Under the pieces are notes generated by a model, which made no database searches, had not been told where the DNA came from, and saw only the letters and a list, made by a program, of their open reading frames with translations. This document shows, piece after piece, positions 42,066 to 51,465 of a stretch of 64,000 nucleotides of DNA. This stretch comes from Clostridia bacterium. GTDB taxonomy: Bacteria; Bacillota; Clostridia; Oscillospirales; CAG-272. The stretch spans positions 3,751-67,750 of the forward strand of contig JAFTOB010000160.1 of assembly GCA_017451545.1 (NCBI GenBank), read 5' to 3'. The translations under genes were made by a program, and so were the position numbers. How positions within the stretch are numbered: position 1 is the first letter of the stretch; the number at the start of each line of letters is the position of its first letter.

Positions 42066-45000
42066 TTATGACGTTTTGGTTTTTACAAACAGGCTCTTTA
42101 TATCGACCCATTTGAGTTTTCTTATGATAATATCGATGACGTAGAGTGCTACGGCGATGATCAGAAGCGGGACCGTGTAGTTCACCTTATAGGTCGAGAT
42201 CTCCTTTTCGTCGTTCTCTATCTTGGGGACGCCGTTCTCGGTGATGGTACCGTTGCCTCTTATTGCCTGGTTGAGATCAGAGGCGCTGAAGGTTGCAAAG
42301 CTGTCATACTCGGGGGAGTAGGACACGTTGAAGTAGGTATCCGACACGTATTCGTGATCATCGTAAGAATAAGTGAAGGTTATCTTATATTTACCGAGAT
42401 CGGGAGTCGCAAATTCGTAGTAGTAACCCGTGGAGTTAAAGAGGAGCTGATCGGCAATAGTTTCGCCGTTCGGCAGAGTGATCTCCATATGCATCGTGGC
42501 GTAAGGATTGAGAACTGCGGGGATCACCTCGATGAAGGAGGACTCACCGTCATACTCAACGCTGACAGAATAAGGATCGTTGATCTTCTCCGACGGAGTG
42601 TTGACCTCAAGCACGTTCTCGAGGAAGTCCTGACCCGTGCTGTCCACCCAATCGCGGGCCCATTCGCCCGAGATCGAGCTTGTGAAGGTCGAAACCTTAC
42701 CGTTTCCGTAGCTCCAATAGACGTATATGGGGGGCTTGGCCACGCCCTCGCCCGTTCTGGTGTACTCGGTGGTGAGAACGGTGGTGGCGCTCGCCTTGGC
42801 GCTTGAATAAACGTAACCGTAAAGGTCGGGAAGGCGTTTGATGCCCTCAAGCACGTCGTCATGCTCCTTGCTGATATTGACGGGCGACTTTTCTTCAATG
42901 ACAGTTTCCTTGAGCTGATCCATCATATCTGCCGACATTTCATACTGTACCCATGCGTTTTCGTCATCGGTGCTCAACACGTATGTTCCGACGGCGGGCG
43001 AGACGAACCAATATTCTATTCCGCCCTTATCGATATCCTCTTTGGATACGGTTATTTTATTGTCGCCGTATGCCAGATAATTCTTCGTGGGGTTTGTGGG
43101 ATCGCCTGCCGAATCCACCTGCTCGTCACCGATATAGGTGATGCTAAGCTCGATCTCGTCGGCATCCCCGTTGAACGTGGAGATATAAAGCTTGAGGATC
43201 TTTCCCTTATAAAGCTCAAGATAAACACTCTCGCCGCCACGCAGACCTGCCATGGTGTTCATATCGGTGAGGTTGCCGTCCTCCTTGATCTCATAGAACT
43301 TTCCGTTACCGTACTTGGCTATGGATTTCATCATGGACAGTCCCTCGTCGGTATTATCCGCAGGGGGACAAGGGTAAATGGCCGAAGTGTTGATCCCCTC
43401 GGCGCTCATATCCTTGACGACGTCGATGGCGTTGGGGGTCTCCTCGCCAAAGGCGCGACCGTCGGAGATCAGATAGACCTCGCGGCTGTCGAAGGGCTGA
43501 TCCTTCATAAGCTCTGCGGCCTGGAAAAGTGCCGAGCCGAGGAAGGTTCCCTGAGTTGGGCGAATGGCGTTGATTCGATCCTCGATCTCCTGTCTGTAAT
43601 CCCCTACCCTTACGGGCTTGTAGACCACCTTGACGTCTCCGGAGAAGGAAATGACCGAGACGTAATCGTCTGCGTTCAGCGTGCCGAGGAACTCCACCGC
43701 CGCTTTTTTCAGAGTTATAAGTCTGGATGCCTGATCCATACTGAGCGAGCTGTCAAGCACTATGGCGTAAAGCTTCTCCTTCTGATCCGAGTTGCCGAAT
43801 TTTACGGGAAGCATATCCTCAAGCTGCTTCAGCACCTCGTCGGTCTTATTCTGGATCTTGAGATCTCCCACCGTTACAAGGCTCTTGCCGAAGAGCGAGA
43901 CCACCTTATCCACGTTACCGATGAATGCGGTGTAGTTATCAAGCTCGCGGACGTCCTGATTCGAGATAATGATCTCATCGTACTCGCAAAGCGCCTCGAC
44001 GGTTACGGGCAGCTTATCGAGCAGGCTTTCTTCATCGTATTTTCCCTCGGGCAGCTTGACCTTGGGATCGCTGATAAATGCATCGATCTTGGCGTTTGCG
44101 CCGTAGATTCTGTGTATCGCATCAAGATCCGAGGCCAGCGGTGTCACCAACAGAACGCTGATATCGCCCGAAACACTTTGAGTGAAGCTATAGCTGTTGT
44201 TGTGGGGAGACACGTCATCCTTCGAGCTGATCTTGATCTCGTAATCAAAATCGCCCTCGTCCCCCGTTTCGAGCTCCACGTTGACCACGTTGTAGCCACG
44301 CGAGAGCTGAACCGCCTGAGTGGACACGTTGACCGAATTTCGGTAGACCGAAAGGATAGTCTGCGCGTCGTAGGTGCTCTGAAGAAGCACGTTTGCCGTG
44401 GTTTCGTGGTTGAGGTAGGTGGATTTAGTGAAGTCCACGCCTGTTATCTGCACCTCAAGATCGTCTTCCTTGAGGTTGTTGTCCAGATAAATGGTATCAA
44501 TATAAATATTCTGTGCGCGGAGGTTTTCGATGGAGGCTATAAGCTCCTTCGTGTCCTCGCTGTTCGTCTGTTTTCCGTCGGTTATAAGAACGATCCTCTT
44601 TATAACGTTGTCCTTAAAAAGACCCGCAGCGTAATCGAGAGCGGGGGCGATATGAGTGGCTCCGCTGTCGACCTTTGCGTTCTTAACACTCTCAAGCTCC
44701 TCGCCCATTTCGGTAACGAGCTCATAATCCGCGCCGAAGCAGATGAGACCCACCTTTGAGTTCATGGGAAGATTTTCCTTCACCAGGGCATCTATATATT
44801 GATCAACCGTATCGAGATTCCGATTTGCGGAATAGGACACGTCGGCCACGATATAAACGTTGGTCTCGGTTATGACCGTGGTGACCACGGTTCCCGCCAG
44901 CGCGAAGACGATGGCAACGATTATGACGAAATGGAGTATAAAGGATGCGATGACATGGCCGTTTCTGTTATCCTTTCTTATAGCGATAAGGAAAGGGATA

Positions 45001-45068
45001 AGAACCGCTAAAACGAGGGGTATTGCGACGAGAAACAGATAGGGATTATCGAAGCTGATATTTTTCAT
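42066..45068 (-). CDS. membrane protein with BatA-like N-terminal double-TM and two VWA domains (1000 aa)
   Basis: The start is MKNISFDNPYLFLVAIPLVLAVLIPF. MIDAS-like DVSYS and DSSLS motifs are present, along with a C-terminal TM helix. Confidence 0.75.
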   Translation of the reverse strand: MKNISFDNPYLFLVAIPLVLAVLIPFLIAIRKDNRNGHVIASFILHFVIIVAIVFALAGTVVTTVITETNVYIVADVSYSANRNLDTVDQYIDALVKENLPMNSKVGLICFGADYELVTEMGEELESVKNAKVDSGATHIAPALDYAAGLFKDNVIKRIVLITDGKQTNSEDTKELIASIENLRAQNIYIDTIYLDNNLKEDDLEVQITGVDFTKSTYLNHETTANVLLQSTYDAQTILSVYRNSVNVSTQAVQLSRGYNVVNVELETGDEGDFDYEIKISSKDDVSPHNNSYSFTQSVSGDISVLLVTPLASDLDAIHRIYGANAKIDAFISDPKVKLPEGKYDEESLLDKLPVTVEALCEYDEIIISNQDVRELDNYTAFIGNVDKVVSLFGKSLVTVGDLKIQNKTDEVLKQLEDMLPVKFGNSDQKEKLYAIVLDSSLSMDQASRLITLKKAAVEFLGTLNADDYVSVISFSGDVKVVYKPVRVGDYRQEIEDRINAIRPTQGTFLGSALFQAAELMKDQPFDSREVYLISDGRAFGEETPNAIDVVKDMSAEGINTSAIYPCPPADNTDEGLSMMKSIAKYGNGKFYEIKEDGNLTDMNTMAGLRGGESVYLELYKGKILKLYISTFNGDADEIELSITYIGDEQVDSAGDPTNPTKNYLAYGDNKITVSKEDIDKGGIEYWFVSPAVGTYVLSTDDENAWVQYEMSADMMDQLKETVIEEKSPVNISKEHDDVLEGIKRLPDLYGYVYSSAKASATTVLTTEYTRTGEGVAKPPIYVYWSYGNGKVSTFTSSISGEWARDWVDSTGQDFLENVLEVNTPSEKINDPYSVSVEYDGESSFIEVIPAVLNPYATMHMEITLPNGETIADQLLFNSTGYYYEFATPDLGKYKITFTYSYDDHEYVSDTYFNVSYSPEYDSFATFSASDLNQAIRGNGTITENGVPKIENDEKEISTYKVNYTVPLLIIAVALYVIDIIIRKLKWVDIKSLFVKTKTS

Positions 45069-46896
45069 AGCAATACACCGCCCAATCTGCCGCAAAAATC
45101 ACCGCCAAACAGATAAATACGATGAGCAGACTGTCATACGTACCGTCAAATCCGCCGGGCTCGGCCGTTCCCGTGAGGCTGAAATCTTCAGCAGAGGCCT
45201 GCGGCAGGCGCTCGCTCTCGGGAAGCTCTGAATAAATTTTGAAAACTCTCGGGTTATCCGACACCGTAACGGTAACGGTGTAGGTTCCCACCTCGGTAAG
45301 CGTGTAATCGCTGATTGCGCCCGCAGTATCAAGATAGGATATCTTGCCGCCGGGGCTGTCAACTCTGATGCTGTCGCAGTTTGCGATAACGTTCACGCTC
45401 AGCTCGTCTCCGCAGTAGTAGGAGGACTTTTCAATGACCTCGGGGAAAGAATATTCCATAAAGTTCTTAACAAGGGCAATGAAATCCACCAGCACGGGGA
45501 GGTTTGAATCCTGCAGGCTGAATGCGAATACCACTTCTCTGTTTCCGTAGGTATTGGTGCCCGTAAAGACCACGGGGTTACCCTGATAGGTGAACAGAGG
45601 GGTGAACTTTCGGTAAAGACCGCACTTCACGAACCGTGTGATATATATATCCTTACCGCCCACTCCCGCAGTCAGCTTTCTGACCACCGAGGAACTGTCC
45701 TTCGACATGGTGACGGTGCTCGGATCCTCAAGAGTTACGTCTCCCTGCACGCTGAAGCCCGAATTGTCCACGCTCGCAGAGGGATTGATGATCCATACGG
45801 CGCCATCCCGTGGCAGCTCCGAAGGATCGTAGGAATCGAAAATATAAAGTCCGTAGCCGCTCTGACCCGTATATTCATCGGGTAGCATTACGTCTATGTT
45901 GGAGTATCCCGTGGCCGACAGCGCGCTTCTTATAAAGAAGGGGTTGGGGCTGACCGCTAAGATCTTGTAGGAATCGTCGCCGCTCTTTACGTTGTACACG
46001 ATGACCTCGTTATCAAGAGCGAGAGAATCGTCGGATTCCAATACGACCTTTATGGACTTATAGCTCTTGCACTGGCAAGCAAGCTCAAAGGGAGTGCTCT
46101 CCCCTGCCTTTACCTCGACGGTTTCGACGGCGTTCGCCTCGGCGGCGTCATCCACGTAGAGCTTGACCGTAAAGGTGGCATCCGCGAGGTAGGAGATCGC
46201 ATTGCCGCTGACATTCAGCCTTCCCGCCGAAAGCACGGGGATGATACTGTTGATGGCTGCGTTCTTCTCCTTGCCCGCCACGTTGATGACCTCAACGTTG
46301 CCGTGTGCGGCATATGCGGTATCGGTGACAAGGTAGGTCAGGATCGATGGGCTTTCGTTGAAATACTTCTGCGCCTCGCTGATCGCCTCTGCCGTATCGG
46401 TCTCGCAATGGGAGGGCTCTATCTCATCCAGCAGAACGAGCACCTTTTCCTTGTCGGTCTCGCCCTCGAAGACCACTCTCGTGCCGTCGCCGTAATAAAC
46501 GAGCGAGAATCTGCTTCCGTCCACGGCGTCGCCGACAAGCTCGGATATTTTCTCCTTGCCCATCTCAAATCGGGTCTTCCCTTCCTCGGAGACCATATTC
46601 ATACTGCCCGTGCCGTCAAGCACGAAGCAATATTCATTGGCCGCGTTGGGGATGGTGACGATGGGATGAGCTATGGCCAGCGAGATAAAGAGAACTGCCA
46701 GAAGCTGAAGGATGAGGCTGATAAGTCCCGTCATTCGGCTGATGGGGTTCTTTCTTTTGAGAAATTTTTCGCTGAGCGTCCACAGATAGGTGGATGCCAC
46801 AAGCTGCTCCGTATATTTGCTTTTTATTATGTATATGATTATCAGGATCGGAATTCCGATAAGTCCCAACAATCCGAGTGGGTATAAGAAGGTCAC
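45046..46896 (-). CDS. BatA-like double-TM / VWA-like membrane protein (616 aa)
   Basis: N-terminus MTFLYPLGLLGLIGIPILIIIYIIKSK...STYLWTL. Also FVLDGTGSM and a C-terminal TM helix. Confidence 0.7.
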   Translation of the reverse strand: MTFLYPLGLLGLIGIPILIIIYIIKSKYTEQLVASTYLWTLSEKFLKRKNPISRMTGLISLILQLLAVLFISLAIAHPIVTIPNAANEYCFVLDGTGSMNMVSEEGKTRFEMGKEKISELVGDAVDGSRFSLVYYGDGTRVVFEGETDKEKVLVLLDEIEPSHCETDTAEAISEAQKYFNESPSILTYLVTDTAYAAHGNVEVINVAGKEKNAAINSIIPVLSAGRLNVSGNAISYLADATFTVKLYVDDAAEANAVETVEVKAGESTPFELACQCKSYKSIKVVLESDDSLALDNEVIVYNVKSGDDSYKILAVSPNPFFIRSALSATGYSNIDVMLPDEYTGQSGYGLYIFDSYDPSELPRDGAVWIINPSASVDNSGFSVQGDVTLEDPSTVTMSKDSSSVVRKLTAGVGGKDIYITRFVKCGLYRKFTPLFTYQGNPVVFTGTNTYGNREVVFAFSLQDSNLPVLVDFIALVKNFMEYSFPEVIEKSSYYCGDELSVNVIANCDSIRVDSPGGKISYLDTAGAISDYTLTEVGTYTVTVTVSDNPRVFKIYSELPESERLPQASAEDFSLTGTAEPGGFDGTYDSLLIVFICLAVIFAADWAVYCYEKYQLR

Positions 46897-47777
46897 TTCA
46901 ATACCTCCATATCGGTCAGTTTTCCGAAGAAGATCTCGGCCATGGAGTCCTCCGCGTTTGTCAGCATATAAGCTGCGCCGCGGGCTTCACAATAATTTTT
47001 GATCCTGTCAACGGTGTACTGCAGCGCATCCTTATAGGCGCGCACGATCTCGCGATCGATCTTTTTTCTGTATGACTTTCGCGTATTTTCCGAATCGAAA
47101 AGGTGCATCTTTCCGCGAAGCTGGGGGTTCATCTCTTCCCTCGACAGCACCTGAATGCAAAGAATATCCCTGCGCTTATCGGCCAGGTGGTCTATGGCGT
47201 CCTCGTAGTTGTTGTCGGTGAGGAAGTCGGAGATTATGACCGACATACCGTCGCCGTGACCCACGCGGGACTGAAGAATGGCGTCCGAAATAAAGCTGTC
47301 ACCGTCAAACTCGATCTCGTTGAGCTTGCCGATGGAGCCGATATACGCCTCTTTGCCCACTATCCCGTTCAGCACGTCGATGACCTGACTGTCGCGGATG
47401 ATAAAGATGGAAACCTTTTCCATTTCACAGATCGAGATATACGCCAACGTAGCGGCCAAGCGCAAGGCTTGCTCTGCCTTCTGTCCTCTGCCGTAATCCA
47501 TGGAGCGGCTGGCGTCGATATAGATCCTCGTGTGCATCTGACGCTCGTCGAGATAAAGCTTTTCGTAAAGCTTATCGAAGCGCGCGTATGCGTTCCAGTC
47601 GATCTTCGTCACGTCATCGCCCGGCATATAGTCGCGGTAATCCACAAATTCGCAGGACGAGCCGTAGGTCTTACTCTTACGGTTGCCCCCGAACATACCG
47701 GCTATATTGTTTTTGAGCAGGGTCTGCAGAGTTTCGATCTGCTGCAAAAGCTCCTCATTTACCGTAAATTTTGCCAT
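46893..47777 (-). CDS. DUF58 domain protein
   Basis: GSSCEFVDYRDYMPGDDVTKIDWNAYAR is the DUF58 signature. It overlaps the next gene by 4 nt. Confidence 0.85.
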   Translation of the reverse strand: MAKFTVNEELLQQIETLQTLLKNNIAGMFGGNRKSKTYGSSCEFVDYRDYMPGDDVTKIDWNAYARFDKLYEKLYLDERQMHTRIYIDASRSMDYGRGQKAEQALRLAATLAYISICEMEKVSIFIIRDSQVIDVLNGIVGKEAYIGSIGKLNEIEFDGDSFISDAILQSRVGHGDGMSVIISDFLTDNNYEDAIDHLADKRRDILCIQVLSREEMNPQLRGKMHLFDSENTRKSYRKKIDREIVRAYKDALQYTVDRIKNYCEARGAAYMLTNAEDSMAEIFFGKLTDMEVLK

Positions 47778-47783
47778 ATCAAC

Positions 47784-48773
47784 TTACTTTGAGAGCTTTT
47801 TGTTTTCTCTTACGAGCATACCGATAACGTCATCGGCGGTCAATCTCTCGTTAACTGCGGTGTAGTTTACCTTGATTCTGTGTCTGAGAACGGGGCAAGC
47901 CAGCGCGTCGATGTCGGCGTAGGAGACGTTGTAGTTGCCGTTTACAAGGGCGCGAACCTTGGCGCAGGTGATGAGGGCCTGAGCCGCACGGGGGGATGCG
48001 CCGTACTTTATGTACTTCTTTGCGGTGACAGAGGTATCGTCAAGCTCGGGGTGAGTGTTGGAGACGAGATTGATGGCGTAGTTCAGTACGTCACCAATTA
48101 CCGGGACGGTGGCCGCAAGGGCTCTCATTTCCATGATCTCCTCGCCGTTGACCGAAGCCTCGGCGGTCTCCTCCATGGTGATCTGGGTCATTCTGACGAT
48201 ATCTGCAAGCTCGGCCTTGTTCGGGAACTTCATAAGAAGCTTGAAGACGAAGCGGTCCATCTGAGCCTCGGGCAGCGGGTAGGTTCCGTCCTGCTCCACG
48301 GGGTTCTCGGTTGCGAGCACGAAGAAGGGCTCGTCGATCTTATATGTCTCGCCTGCCACGGTAACCTTGTGCTCCTGCATGACCTCAAGCATTGCGGACT
48401 GGGTCTTGGGGGTTGCACGGTTGATCTCGTCGGCAAGGACGAGGTTGGCGAAGATGGGGCCCTTGCGGAAGCTGGTGTTGAGCTTTCCGTTATCGTCCTT
48501 TTCGACGATATTGGTACCCGTAACGTCGGAAGGCATAAGGTCGGGGGTGAACTGAATACGCGAGAAGGGGAGCTGGAGGGTCTTGGCCAGCGAACGGACC
48601 AGACGGGTCTTACCTACTCCGGGAACACCCTCAAGCAGAACGTTTCCGCCTGCGATGATCGCGATAATAACGTTATCGATTATTTCCTGCTGACCGACAA
48701 CGTCGCGTGCCAGCTGCTCCTTGATTGCGGCGATCTTCTGGCTGAATGCCGCTACTCTTTCCATGTTTTCCAT
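47784..48773 (-). CDS. MoxR family AAA+ ATPase
   Basis: VVGQQEIIDNVIIAIIAGGNVLLEGVPGVGKT, RIQFTPDLMPSDVTGT and LADEINRATPKTQSAMLEVMQE. Confidence 0.9.
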   Translation of the reverse strand: MENMERVAAFSQKIAAIKEQLARDVVGQQEIIDNVIIAIIAGGNVLLEGVPGVGKTRLVRSLAKTLQLPFSRIQFTPDLMPSDVTGTNIVEKDDNGKLNTSFRKGPIFANLVLADEINRATPKTQSAMLEVMQEHKVTVAGETYKIDEPFFVLATENPVEQDGTYPLPEAQMDRFVFKLLMKFPNKAELADIVRMTQITMEETAEASVNGEEIMEMRALAATVPVIGDVLNYAINLVSNTHPELDDTSVTAKKYIKYGASPRAAQALITCAKVRALVNGNYNVSYADIDALACPVLRHRIKVNYTAVNERLTADDVIGMLVRENKKLSK

Positions 48774-48790
48774 AATATATCCTTCCTTTA

Positions 48791-50254
48791 TTATTCTTTA
48801 TCTTCTGTTCCGCTGAAGAGCACGTCGAAATACGCGTCCAGCAGATCCTTAAATTCATCGGAGATCTGACCGCTGAGGACATCCTCCAGATATTTTCCGT
48901 GGTATGCTCCGAGGGACTCGCCGTAAAGGACGGTCTCCTTCTTCTCGGGATCGTAAATATAGGACTCGTCGCTTCCGTATATGATGTTTCCGGTTCCTAT
49001 ACCGCCGTCAGAGACCACCTCGTCCTCATCGTCCTCGGGCTTGACGTTCTCGTCATTCTTGTCGCCTCCCACATTACCGTCGGAGGGCAGATTTGCGTTG
49101 AGATCGGGCAGCTCATCGGCCTTGATGCCGAAGAGCTCGGTGAGCTTTGCTATGACCTTATCCCTCATTTCAAGGTTGGTCTTCTGGTAGGACAGCGCGT
49201 CCACCAGATCGTCGCAGGCCGTGGCAAATGCGTTGTCGGTCTGCAGTCCGTCATTGCTCGAGTCGCCGTCGCTTCCCACAAGTCTCAGCGAGTCGGCAAA
49301 GTTATACAGCGCGATGTTGAGATATATCTCGTTGTCGGTCATCGCGCCCTCAAGAGCCAGCTCGATTCCCGCGGCGAAGGCTGTGGCAAGATCGGCCACG
49401 TCGCTCACCATAAAATTACTTACGTAAAGCACGTCCATTTTGTCGCGCACCGACAAAGGATCGAGCAGCTCGATGATCTTTCCGAGCTTCTGCATCGAAT
49501 CGTCCTCGCTCTCCAGCATCTTGCGGCTGATGGCAAGGTAAGTATTGGCATTGTCGGAGATCAGGTCAACGTCCACGATGGCGGCTATAACCGTCTCCTT
49601 CATTTCGCTCTCGGTCTCCACCACCTTGGTCAGCGCGTAGAGCAGATCCTCAAGGGTATCGACCGTGCTGTCCTTGGCCTCCTGCTCCATTTCGGATTCC
49701 CTGACCTCACGGATCAGATCCTCAAGAGCGACCCTTTGATATTCCGAAATTGCCCACGGGATCTCGATCTCTTCGTTTGAATCGTCGAGTGCCTCTGCCT
49801 TACCGGGGATGACGAAGGCCGTGACCAGCATTGCGGCCGCAAGCACGAAGGCAACAGTGATCGCCACGATTCCCCGCAGCCCGACGCCTCTCGTGGTAGC
49901 CGCGCTCAGGCGGTTGTCAGCATCCACTCTTTGAAGAGCGATCATAGGGCCGTTATGCTGCTTATAAGCCACCATCGTCTGTGCTCTTTCGCCGAAATTC
50001 AGGGCGCGGTCGATCTTTTTCGCCGCCCGCTTTTCGCTCGGCATAAGCACGAGGACTACGATTCCCGCAACGGCCACGGCGGGCGCAACTGATGCGATCA
50101 GCATTATTATTTTATCAATTGTCAAGATCTCAAATTTTGAAAGAGTCGTAAGCACCGCCGCGATGACGCACCCGACGGCTACGCCGAGCAGCGATCCTCT
50201 GATCCACGCTCCGACGCACATTTTTCGTTTGAATTTTTTAAATCCTTCTCCCAT
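48791..50254 (-). CDS. uncharacterised membrane protein with long acidic domain (first gene of the operon)
   Basis: Three hydrophobic segments in the first 150 aa, followed by a Glu/Asp-rich domain of about 330 aa. Confidence 0.6.
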   Translation of the reverse strand: MGEGFKKFKRKMCVGAWIRGSLLGVAVGCVIAAVLTTLSKFEILTIDKIIMLIASVAPAVAVAGIVVLVLMPSEKRAAKKIDRALNFGERAQTMVAYKQHNGPMIALQRVDADNRLSAATTRGVGLRGIVAITVAFVLAAAMLVTAFVIPGKAEALDDSNEEIEIPWAISEYQRVALEDLIREVRESEMEQEAKDSTVDTLEDLLYALTKVVETESEMKETVIAAIVDVDLISDNANTYLAISRKMLESEDDSMQKLGKIIELLDPLSVRDKMDVLYVSNFMVSDVADLATAFAAGIELALEGAMTDNEIYLNIALYNFADSLRLVGSDGDSSNDGLQTDNAFATACDDLVDALSYQKTNLEMRDKVIAKLTELFGIKADELPDLNANLPSDGNVGGDKNDENVKPEDDEDEVVSDGGIGTGNIIYGSDESYIYDPEKKETVLYGESLGAYHGKYLEDVLSGQISDEFKDLLDAYFDVLFSGTEDKE

Positions 50255-50360
50255 ATTCAGTTCCTTTCTTTGGGATTTGGGTAACAGCTTAAATCAAGTT
50301 TTCCGTGCCTTTCTTCACCCTTTGACAAAACGGCACAATACGGACATTATAATTAGAATT

Positions 50361-50389
50361 ATTATATCAAAAAATCGCCTTTTTGTCAA
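50361..50389 (-). promoter_or_regulatory. consensus promoter of the MoxR/VWA/giant-lipoprotein operon
   Basis: Minus strand reads TTGACA-17 nt-TATAAT, about 105 nt upstream of the ATG at 50254. Confidence 0.7.
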
Positions 50390-50439
50390 CAGTTTATATA
50401 TATAAAGTAGGCTTTATGGAAAAAGTTAACATATAGAAA

Positions 50440-50464
50440 AGCCTCCCGATCAGTTCGGGAGGCT
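50440..50464 (-). terminator. terminator overlapping the last pnuC codons
   Basis: agcctcccga-actga-tcgggaggct followed by uuuuc on the minus strand. Confidence 0.65.
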
Positions 50465-51148
50465 GTTTTGGTCGTGCTTCATCCTTTGCCAGCTTACAAA
50501 GCCGTAAATATCGTTGAAGAAAAACATTATAAAGCAGGCAACCATTGGAACGTAGGATATATCTGCCAGCGATGCCATGACCCAAAGGATGATAAGCACC
50601 ACGTCGTTTGCCGCGTAGCCGATGGCGTAATAGGGGCTTCTGAAGACCATCAGCATTGATGCAAGCCAGCTCGTAGCCACAGAAAGTGTGCTTACCTCAA
50701 GATTTGTGGTGCCCAGCGCGCCGAGAATAAAGTAAAATGCCACGGTGACGGCGATGCAGGTTGAAAATATTATGGCCGCCGAGCCGAGCTTGAGCTTTTT
50801 TGCCACCTCGACTTGGGAGCTCTGCTTGTACGGGTGGCGGATCCAGGAGATCAGCGCCATAACCGCCGTCGGCGTGGTCATACAAAGATATGTTATCATT
50901 TCGCCGTAATATCCGAAAAAGAAGGATACGGTGCCGTAAAAGACCGAGAAGATTATGACCAATATCTGCCCGATGACCATTCCCTTCGCGAGAAAGATCA
51001 AGGCTGTCACGCCGAAAAGAGACGAGACGAGGGTCAGATAATCATTACTGTGAAATATGAAAAATGAAGCCGCCACAACCACGACCGAGACCAGCCACAG
51101 CGCGACCTCGAATTTTGTCAGCTCCTTGAATTGCTTGAAAAATTTCAT
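50450..51148 (-). CDS. pnuC: PnuC-family nicotinamide riboside-type transporter
   Basis: 232 aa with about 7 TM segments and a two-half repeat architecture ending in GMVIGQILVIIFSVFYG...LISW and FFFNDIYGFVSWQR, typical of PnuC. Confidence 0.7.
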   Translation of the reverse strand: MKFFKQFKELTKFEVALWLVSVVVVAASFFIFHSNDYLTLVSSLFGVTALIFLAKGMVIGQILVIIFSVFYGTVSFFFGYYGEMITYLCMTTPTAVMALISWIRHPYKQSSQVEVAKKLKLGSAAIIFSTCIAVTVAFYFILGALGTTNLEVSTLSVATSWLASMLMVFRSPYYAIGYAANDVVLIILWVMASLADISYVPMVACFIMFFFNDIYGFVSWQRMKHDQNSLPN

Positions 51149-51335
51149 ACGTTCTCCTTTTGAAGATATAACTGTCGACCTTCAGCCGACGAGGGGTTTT
51201 TCGCCTTTTGTGATCGGATAAGCTCTCTCACCCACAAGACTTGCGAACGGAAAAAGCCCGTCCGCCACGCGGCATCGGTGTTCAGCCGACGAGGGCTTTT
51301 TCGCCTTTTGTGATCGGATGAGCTTCACCGTAAAA
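51149..51335 (-). promoter_or_regulatory. pnuC 5' leader built from two 44-nt modules (51181-51224 and 51281-51324)
   Basis: The modules differ at 2 of 44 positions and start exactly 100 nt apart. Module 1 is enclosed by cggtg/caccg (51276-51330). Confidence 0.6.
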
Positions 51336-51341
51336 CCTTAT

Positions 51342-51352
51342 ATTATATCACA
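51342..51352 (-). promoter_or_regulatory. extended -10 promoter element for pnuC
   Basis: Minus strand reads TGTGATATAAT. Confidence 0.55.
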
Positions 51353-51465
51353 AATGCACCCAAACCCGCATCTTCTAAGACCTAACGACGCGATTTGAGT
51401 GCATTGCACACTACCCGGTGGCAGTTTTGTTATTTTCTTAATTTTATCACAGATTCCCCGAAAAG

